From Tubiluchus corallicola (taxonomy: Eukaryota > Animalia > Priapulida), in contig JAQGDQ010000831.1 in the NCBI GenBank assembly GCA_030141605.1, positions 26,710-90,709 on the forward strand: DNA of 64,000 nt, in the 5' to 3' direction. Below the pieces are notes generated by a model. That model was not told the DNA's origin. It searched no databases and saw nothing but the letters and a program-made list of their open reading frames with translations. Positions 55,462-64,000 of the stretch are shown piece after piece. A program made the translations under genes and the position numbers. Every line of letters begins with the position of its first letter. The first letter of the stretch is position 1.

Positions 55462-56667
55462 GTATGTGTTATTGTTTTTCATTTTCTGACATATGAAGAC
55501 GAGAACTCAGCAAGATATTGTTTTAAACAATGCAAGTGAGCAAAACAGGTTTTTGTTACAGATTCTTCACTTTTGCCGATTTCGGCCCATTTCACAACTA
55601 TTTAAATTCTTGAATGTCATCGTTGTCTTATGAAGTGTGGACACGTTAACTAGTATATTGTGAAGGTGTTGTGTGAACTTTTTTTAAATGGAATTTTAGC
55701 AGCTTTTAATAGCATAGCACTTATTGAACCTTGAAATATATTGCTTTTGGTGTACTAGTCTGCACAGAGTGTACTAGTCCCGTTACTTTAAAAAGTAATG
55801 TTTCTAAAGTCTTTCTTCATTGTCATTACACCCAGCAGGCATAATCCTACTTTCAAGAATCGGTCAATTGTCTGCACATGAAATGTAAACACAGAAAACG
55901 TCTTGTTAAAAGTAAAAAACCACAATAGTTGTTAAACTTTTTTGCAAATCCTGCAGTTTCGCAACTGTGATCAAAAGTGGAAAACTGTCATATCTATAAT
56001 AAATTTCTAGTTTCCACAGTTGTCACTTGGCTAAAGTTTTCATTAAACAGGACTTGTATACCATTGAAGAGCTAATCTGGTTTGCCTTTTTTGTTGCAAA
56101 AGTTTAAATCTGGATCATTCTTTGGTTAAAAGAAGTTGTTCGTTGTAAGTGAAAGGGTTAAAATGCAATTTGCTTAGATACTGATGGCCAGAGAAATCTT
56201 TGAAGTTTATCTTTAAAAGGTCGAGTGCATCAGGAATTTCTTTTTCCTACGCGTGTTATGTGATTGGACGGAATATGTCTTGACGGACATAAAATGTACA
56301 ATTTTACATGTACATACATTGATATATTGTTTTTTCATGTCCATGATATTTATGTTCAAATTTAAACTTAATCTCAGTTAATCTCAATAGTTTTACACAC
56401 CTTATTCTGAAATCTTCATCAAGATAATTGCGCATATGATTAATTAATAATAGCAACATTACTTACAGGGTGGTTGACTTTGGTAACTTAGTTTTTCGCC
56501 ACCCTTTCACCAGTCACATGAACAACATAATTTATTCTTTTAATAACCTTGTTACTTTGTATCATATTATCGTTTCATGCTTTGTGTTTGTCTTGTAAAA
56601 AAGATGATAAATAAATATACTTACTTTACTTACTTACTTTCAGATTAGGTAACCTTGATTAGCTGGT

Positions 56668-56803
56668 ATGGCATCAGAAAACACAAATGACGATATAGCA
56701 GATGATGTTGAAGAAAGAGACGATACGTCCATACAGTCCGAACAAACAATGTCGGCAAACAATGACGAGGAATCGCAACCCATTGACCTTGATGTTAGGA
56801 CAG
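56668..56803 (+). CDS. UBE4B: UBE4B-like ubiquitin conjugation factor E4, coding exon 1
   Basis: Acceptor TTTCAG| at 56643, in-frame stops, then ATG: MASENTNDDIADDVEERDD...DLDVRT; phase-1 donor CAG|GTATAG. Confidence 0.65.
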
Positions 56804-56939
56804 GTATAGATCATCCGCCATTATTATCTGTTGAGTACTGATTTTAAACTTTAGGTATTTTTGTTAAAACATGAAAACTAGTGGTGGCAGTAGTGTCGCT
56901 GATGACTGTTGTCACTTAATGTCACTGTCGGACATGACG

Positions 56940-57151
56940 AAATATATGGTTTTTAATATAAATTTTAATAACTTCTAAAAAATTTTCTTGAGTGTAGTAG
57001 TGCAGTAGTGATGATGTGCGCATATTGGATTCAAAAAAAATCGTTATTAGGTCCTACTGTACTTGGCTCCTTGATCAAACTGCATGCAGCCCACAGGAAC
57101 TGCGGGAAAGTTTAATGTGGCCCGGCTAGTCAGATAATTTGCACACCCCTG
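56940..57151 (-). mobile_element. hAT MITE family A, partial copy 5
   Basis: Reverse complement of the first ~210 bp of family A, ending TTTGCACACCCCTG. Confidence 0.85.
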
Positions 57152-57335
57152 GTTTAAAACATTTTTACGTCAGCTTTGTTTACATATTTTCCATGTCAGT
57201 TTTCGATTGTGATTGTTGTCATGTCATCGCTTGCCGATAATTAATTCTTAAAACGAATTATTTAATTATCAGAAATGTTTTGGCATTCTTCAAAATAGGG
57301 CAGAATTCGCCATCCTCTTTTCCTTTACATGTTTT

Positions 57336-57864
57336 CAGGGATGAGAATTTTCCCCGGATACCCGGAATTCTGAGTTTTTGGAAGACCAGTAGTGCCATTT
57401 TTGTAAATCGCGTAAATTCGTTGAGAAAATTTTTACATTATTACCCAGTACATTATTTCACAAGCTGCCCGCTAGGTGGCAGGCCGTCACTTTGCTTACA
57501 TCACGTATATCACTGTAACCACGTGTATACCTCTATGTATAAAAATATAGAATCAATTGTGCTGAGTTATTTGAGTCAATCGCAGACAGTTTTTACATAC
57601 TTTTGCATAGGAGCGGCCAGTACTTAGGTGTTTTTTAGACAATTAGGTATCATGTATCCTTGATAGTTGGGTATTTTAAATTATGCATGAAACAAGGTAA
57701 CTGATATTTTAAGTCCACTTAGAGGCTCGCTATGGTCACAAAATTGCAATTTGTTGCTGGCTCCAAGGCCACTTCCCCCCCCCTCGAACCCCATGGGGGC
57801 CTATGTGGTCCCCGAACCCCCGGCCTGTTTCAGAGTTTTTTGCAATTTGTCATGCTCATCCCTG
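57336..57864 (+). mobile_element. MITE family B
   Basis: CAGGGATGAG...CTCATCCCTG flanked by TGTTTT on both sides; ends 22 bp before an exon. Confidence 0.9.
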
Positions 57865-57886
57865 TGTTTTATGTTTTTCGTTGTAG

Positions 57887-57998
57887 GAGGACAGACCTAT
57901 GCCGTAGAAACGGATAGCGACGCTGTTTCAATGGGAAGTTTCCCTGATGCGCTGTCTACGGGCAGTTATCCTTCTAGGGATGAGATTGGCGACAAAAG
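57887..57998 (+). CDS. UBE4B: UBE4B-like, coding exon 2
   Basis: TTGTAG| GGQTYAVETDSDAVSMGSFPDALSTGSYPSRDEIGDK |GTCAGC; phase 1/2. Confidence 0.7.
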
Positions 57999-58144
57999 GT
58001 CAGCAGTTCGGTTAACATTTCACTGTCCGCTTCTGTGAATGAGTTAGCTATGCTAGGCATTGTTTCTTTTTGTACATTGCAGCGCTTTCTAGACGGTAAG
58101 CTTTTTTGCTTTCCACGTTTAGCCTGTGGTCTCACAAATATCAT

Positions 58145-58537
58145 GTTGTTGGCATCCTTCTGTCTCGGAAGACAATGGTGTGTGCGACAAGAGAGTCAGT
58201 TATTGATCACATTGATGGAGCTGCAGCATCGACTGTGGCTCAGCTGTGCGATCCTTGAACGTCCCCAGGACGCACGCCTGGGCAAGGTGTATGGAGATCC
58301 TGAGTTGCCCAGACAACAGGAACCCCCTCTCTTCCTCCCTGGTGTTGGTTGGTTGGCATCCTTCTGTCTCGGAAGACAGTGGAGTGTGCGCCAAGAGAGT
58401 CAGTTATTGATCACATTGATGGAGCTGCAGCGTCGACTGTGGCTGAGCAGTGCGATCCTTGAACGTCTCCAGGGTGCACGCCTGGGCAAGGTGTATGGAG
58501 ATCCTGAGTTGCCCAGACAACAGGAACCCCCTCTTCC
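58145..58537 (-). mobile_element. Two tandem copies of a short non-autonomous element with an RTE-derived tail
   Basis: Minus strand encodes RSRIALLSHSRRCSS (RTE C-terminus-like) and ends GAAGGATGCCAAC(AAC); a third copy is at 59630. Confidence 0.7.
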
Positions 58538-59629
58538 TAATATAAACATAATATTTATAAATATCATATATATATTACTTGATTTTACTGCATAGTAAAA
58601 ACACTTATAACTTGTTTTAAAGTACAAGAAAATGGGGTAACTGGAGTAAGTTTCAGAAAAATCGCCTTAAAAATTTATATTACATTGTTGCAATTTTATG
58701 CATATATCGTACTTGCATTGAAAGGAATTTTTGTTTGTTTTCATTTTAAATCTCGCGCAGTACAGTTCCGAGGGCGCCGTTACATGACGTCACTTATGCA
58801 AATGTAAATCAGGGGGAGAAAAGGCAATGCTAAATTATGACCCAAAAGAACTTTCCATGCAAATGCATTTCGTTTACCTTCTGGAAAGACTTATGTAACT
58901 AGAAATAATAATTTAAAATGTTCGTGCCAATTATAAAAATGTCGCTGACACTGACGTCACAGTGAAAAAGTGACAAGTTATGTTTTTAGTAGCTTACGTG
59001 ATCAAGTGAAAAACCTTAAAGTAATAAACTGAATGGTGTAAGTTGACTAGAGATGAGCTGACCTTTGACACACGTGTCAGGGTTCAAAAAGTTAGAAATT
59101 CTAATTACATGTTCACGCCAATTGGTAAAACGTCGCTGGCTCACCGTACAGGGTGCGCCGTTCACTAACCAAAAACATATTTTAAATTTTTTTGATGAAA
59201 TACAGTGATTTCAAGTTTTGCTTAGTTAGTAACATGTGTGCTAAGAATGCTTTGATTATTTTTTCAAACTTCACGCAATATTATCAAAACTTGTTTCAAA
59301 CGATCTACCATTAAAATGGCTGCATCAGACGGTCATCGTTGGAGTTTAAATTTACAAGTTTTATACAGCGTTACTGCCGACGCAAGTCCTGCGTGCAAAA
59401 GGGCAGTACGTAAGTGGTATAAAATTTGAAGAGGAATTTTCTAAACCTTACGTAAGCGGAGGGTTTTTTTGTCCTTTAACACAGAAATCACAGCTAAATT
59501 GTAATAAACATTCTGACAATGAAGAATGCATATAGTTGAAGTACTGAATTATTCGGATCCATGATTTTAGGTTCAAATCAAATTCAAACTAAAAAACTTG
59601 TTCGAATTGAATTCAAATTAAAAAACTTT

Positions 59630-59885
59630 GTTGTTGGCATCCTTCTGTCTCGGAAGACAATGGAGTGTGCGCCAAGAGAGTCAGTTATTGATCACATTGA
59701 TGGAGCTGCAGCGTCGACTGTGGCTGAGCAGTGCGATCCTTGAACGTCTCCAGGGCGCACGCCTGGGCAAGGTGTATGGAGATCCTGAGTTGCCCAGACA
59801 ACAGGAACCCCCTCTCTTCCTCGCTGGTGTAGTCCAAAGGAAAGCGGAGCAATACGTTTGGCACCAGGTTGGCTGCAGGAGCTAA
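59630..59885 (-). mobile_element. Third, longer copy of the RTE-tailed short element
   Basis: Near-identical to 58145-58537 and extends further 5'; (CAA)n tail. Confidence 0.7.
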
Positions 59886-59971
59886 TTTACTAATTAACTA
59901 ATTAGTTTGATTCATAATGGGATTGTGCTTGTTCCAACGAGATGTGATGTTATTCAAAAATCTTGTTTTAG

Positions 59972-60056
59972 CATGCAGTCACAATGGGATGCTGACTCGG
60001 GTATTGAGACAATGGAAGTTGATGAAATTGACAATAAGCAGAAGAAAAGACATCGG
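59972..60056 (+). CDS. UBE4B: UBE4B-like, coding exon 3
   Basis: SMQSQWDADSGIETMEVDEIDNKQKKRHR, compared with human [25 protein letters not shown]; phase 2/0. Confidence 0.85.
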
Positions 60057-60591
60057 GTAATTTAATTTATATTTTAATACATTAAAAAAAATTAATAATA
60101 ATAAATTTATTTGGAAGTGCAAATACAAATACAGTATCAAGAAACACTGGGAAAAGCTAGATATTAACAATAATGATTATATGGCAGCATGCATATAATA
60201 AATGGGAACAACCAGAAGTAAAACTCGTTAGGGGCTTGCACCATTATAAACACGTCCAAATAATGAGAAAAAAGAACAAAAAAACGAAGGTTTTCGGGCA
60301 ATTTAAAAAAAATAGTTGTACAAAGTAAGGATAGAAGTGATGGATAAAAGAATGTTCAAAAGGGTAGGAAGAGTGGCTTGTGGGGAGATTCGGCTCATGA
60401 GATGACGAAGCACTCTGGATTCTACTCAGAAAGAACACAAAGTTGTGGCTGTTGTGTCACACAGGAACAGTAGGTGGTTATCGAGACTAGTTTATATAAG
60501 AAGCAAACAGATATTGTTTAATTGCCGTTTTAAAGCGGCAAATGTTACACTGGTACTTTACATATTCGTATGCTATACCACTGAGCTACAG

Positions 60592-61254
60592 CAGAGATGG
60601 GTGGTTATCACTTTTTCGTTTATCCGCAACTGCAAAATCCGGGTCTGTACATATCCGCATCCGCAAAGTCCGCATCTGTACATATCCGCAACTGCAAAAT
60701 CCGTATCTGTACATATCCCCAGTCGCAAAGTCTGCATCTGTACATGTCCGCATCCGCAAAGTCCGCAGCTGTACGTATCCGCATCAGCAAAATCCGCATC
60801 TGTACGTATCCACATATGCAAAATCAGCAGATTTAGTGAAAATTTGAATATCCGCGTATCCGCATGTCCACAAAAATGTAGGTAACAAATCAGCTAGGCT
60901 TGGTATGTGTGTCCTATTGTTAAAAACCGCTTCTTTGTATGAATCGCCAAGTAAGAATAAATTACAAACGATTAGGAACAATGTTTTACATCTGGGAATA
61001 TTCAGGTAAAATGTCGGGAAGCAGCAAGAAAGCAAGAGGTGATCAGAACATCTTAAAATAAACTAGCGATGAATGGCGTTTAATGAGGCATGCTTAACAA
61101 ATTGAAATTGGGTAAACCTTTTGTGCAAACACTTTTGCATGCTGCAATTTCGCGTAGAATCCGCATATCCGCACGTAGTTCACCATCCGCAATCCACAAA
61201 ATTATTGCGGATACTTCAACTGCATGACCGCAATCCGCTATCCGCACATCTGTG
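60592..61254. mobile_element. hAT-type MITE with ATCCGC internal repeats
   Basis: Ends CAGAGATG/CATCTGTG; perfect TSD AGCTACAG. Confidence 0.88.
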
Positions 61255-61293
61255 AGCTACAGGCTCACCTGGATCAACGGGTCTTGACTATAT

Positions 61294-61998
61294 ATTGTGT
61301 TTCTAAAGTAGGTTTATTGTATTTTTAAAGTAGGTTTTATTGTGTTTCTAAAGTAGGTTTATTGTGTTTCTAAAGTAGATTTTATTGTGTTTCTAAAGTA
61401 GATTTTATTGTGTTTCTAAAGTAGGTTTATTGTGTTTCTAAAGTAGATTTTATTGTGTTTCTAAAGTAGGTTTATTGTGTTTCTAAAGTAGGTTTTATTG
61501 TGTTTCTAAAGTAGGTTTATTGTGTTTCTAAAGTAGATTTTATTGTGTTTCTAAAGTAGGTTTATTGTGTTTCTAAAGTAGATTTTATTGTGTTTCTAAA
61601 GTAGGTTTATTGGGTTTCTAAAGTAGATTTTATTGTGTTTCTAAAGTAGGTTTTATTGTGTTTCTAAAGTAGGTTTTATTGTGTTTCCAATGTAGGTTTA
61701 TTGTGTTTCTAAAGTAGGTTTATTGTGTTTCTAAAGTAGGTTTTATGGTATTTCTAAAGTACGTTTATTGTGTTTCTAAAGTAGGTTTTATTGTGTTTCT
61801 GAAGTAGGTTTTATTGTGTTTCTAAAGTAGGTCTTATTCTGTTTCTAAAGTAGGTTTATTGTGTTTCTAAAGTAGGTTTATTGTGTTTCTAAAGTAGGTT
61901 TTATGGTGTTTCTAAAGTAGGTTTTATGGTGTTTCTAAAGTACGTTTATTGTGTTTCTAAAGTAGGTTTTATTGTGTTTCTAAAGTAGGTTTTATTGT
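61294..61998. repeat. 22/23-bp minisatellite TTATTGTGTTTCTAAAGTAGGT(T), about 31 copies
   Basis: Direct reading. Confidence 0.95.
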
Positions 61999-62210
61999 TC
62001 CGCATTTTTATAAACAATATTCCATCCTGGCTTATCGCAGTTATGATTCTGTTGCTGATACAGTGCAAAATAAATATGAACAATTTTTGCCACTTCAAAA
62101 CGCTTTCTAGAGAAATAAGAGAATTATTGATTTTTTTTTTACCAAAATGTATTTGGTAAACTTAACTGTCTTGTCTTCACCATTTAATTTAATCAACGTT
62201 TTTACTAAAG

Positions 62211-62361
62211 GAATCGAGCATGTCTTCGGAGGTGGAGGACGAACCTCTTCTGTCTTGCATCTCAAGACTATTTCGAGTCAAGTGGACGATGGGAGATGGA
62301 TCAACTCCGGATCACGTCCACTTGCCAGAGCTTGCCGAATCATATGCTGAAAGACCAGATG
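62211..62361 (+). CDS. UBE4B: UBE4B-like, coding exon 4
   Basis: ESSMSSEVEDEPLLSCISRLFRVKW...VHLPELAESYAERPD, compared with human EVSEEQALQLVCKIFRVSW...IFLSSLSAQF; phase 0/1. Confidence 0.85.
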
Positions 62362-63242
62362 GTTTGTCATTTGCACCTGCTAATTAAATAAAAATGTGGT
62401 TTTTTGTCATGTAGTTTTGAGAATCGTATCTGCATTTTTTTGTTGTTGTTGCTGTCGTCATCATTAACAGACTTGTACGTTGTACAATTGTTTAGACTGC
62501 TTCAGAAAAACGTAATCAGTTTAGTGTTTTACTGTAACATGCGCAGACCAGCTGACTTCCATTTATGCGTGAAGTCAAATGCCATTATAACAACTATGGT
62601 TTGTCCAATGCATTACGCTGTCTAGGATGTCTGTGAAATTAAAGGAAGACCGGACGATTGTTTAGACTCAATCTCATTTTAACTTACTGTCCAAAATATA
62701 CATTTTCTTGCCTATAAAAGTTGGCAATTGTTTCTTATATTTGAATAATTAGCTTAGAAAGTTAATTAACGGCAACCAAACACAGCTATTGCTTACGTCA
62801 GAAACTGACCACAGATTGCGCAATGGCAGACATTTACCCTTGCGCGTCAACCTCGTTTGCGTAAGTGTTACTACTTAAATGTGAGATGTCATGAAAATGG
62901 GCTCTACTTCATATGATGTCAGAAACTAACACTGTAGTTCATGATCATGGTTATCACGGTATCGCCCGTCTATTTGTCGGCCACGCGAATGTGACGAAAA
63001 GGTGCCCGCTGCCAATCTTAGTAGATTCACTGAGCTGCGCGTAGCTTTGAAAGTTTAGCGAAAATTGAGTTTCCGAGGTAATTATTATTTAATCTAAGCT
63101 TTGATTTAAAATAAGCTATTGTAGTTTTCAGTATTTTAGAGTATTCTTTATTCTGAACTAATGTTTACACAATCATCCGGTTTTCCTTTAGCAAACAATA
63201 ATTATCCCTAATTGCACAACTAATTTCACAGTGTTTTTACAG

Positions 63243-63384
63243 GTTACACAAACTTCAAGTATTTGATACACGAGATTGTGATGGAAATTATAATATCACT
63301 GAATGTGAATCGGGAGAGCCCGTTGTCTTGCTTGAAGCCAGCCGAGGTGTATAATCAAACAGTGTACGGGAGCTCATCAAAAAG
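63243..63384 (+). CDS. UBE4B: UBE4B-like, coding exon 5 (gene continues beyond the window)
   Basis: GYTNFKYLIHEIVMEIIISLNVNRESPLSCL, compared with human VFSDFKDLIGQILMEVL..RDENPFASL; phase 1/2. Confidence 0.82.
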
Positions 63385-63741
63385 GTTTGTTTTACATTAT
63401 CTTTTCTGATCGAGTTTTTTCCGAACAAAGTTAGTACTTGGCGGATGGACTGCACCGTGTTTAGCTGTGTTGCATAGACTCGTAAATCGTAAGTGTATTC
63501 AATCAGTACTTACATTCGATTAGTAATGTACACTTTTATTAACGTAGTACTTTACAGAATACGATTCAGTTTATTAATAGCGTTCCTTTGTCTTGTGCGA
63601 TATCCTTATGCCTTATTCTTTAACCCTTTCGCTATGGAAGGCCGCACACTGCTTAATACACTGTTAATGTTAGGAACTCTGATTAATTTAATGCGTTATA
63701 TGGTATTTATAGTCTTTATTTTTTATGGCAAATAAAGATAT

Positions 63742-63805
63742 TATATATGTATGTATATATATATATATATATGTGTGTGTGTATGTCTACAAATATATAT
63801 CTATC

Positions 63806-63851
<46 letters not shown>

Positions 63852-64000
63852 CGTGCGTGCGCGTGCGTGTGTATATATATATTATATATGTATGTGTATA
63901 TATATATATATGTGTATATGTATATATATTATATATGTATGTGTATAATATATATACATATACACATATATATATATATACACATACATATATAATATAT
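63742..64000. repeat. (TA)/(TG)/(CGTG) compound microsatellite
   Basis: Direct reading. Confidence 0.95.

Overview
This is AT-rich, repeat-dense eukaryotic DNA with GT-AG introns, probably from an invertebrate deuterostome. That placement is inferred from vertebrate-like protein motifs; the species cannot be determined. Five protein-coding genes are supported, three of them spliced and largely missed by the ORF track. (1) A minus-strand NK-like homeobox gene with an eh1 motif (exons 2669-2204 and 541-372; the last exon lies off-window). (2) An intronless, divergent TTLL4-like ATP-grasp ligase (10019-11620) that begins with a signal-peptide-like segment and has a remodelled glutamate-donor pocket. 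(3) An intronless ELOVL6/3-like fatty-acid elongase (24608-25429). (4) A Ki-67 (MKI67)-like gene with 8 coding exons (33737-50366; FHA, PP1-binding and CD motifs, S/TPK repeats) and an apparent 1-nt frameshift near 45870. (5) The 5' part of a UBE4B-like gene (56668-63384 and beyond). The rest is non-LTR retrotransposon fragments, hAT and Tc1/pogo MITE families with target-site duplications (TSDs), mini- and microsatellites, and a 29-bp satellite with higher-order structure. No CRISPR array, rRNA or tRNA was seen. The top candidate for novelty is the putatively secretory-pathway TTLL4 derivative with possibly altered amino-acid specificity, preceded by a Penelope-like promoter remnant. All homology calls come from recalled motifs, not database searches.
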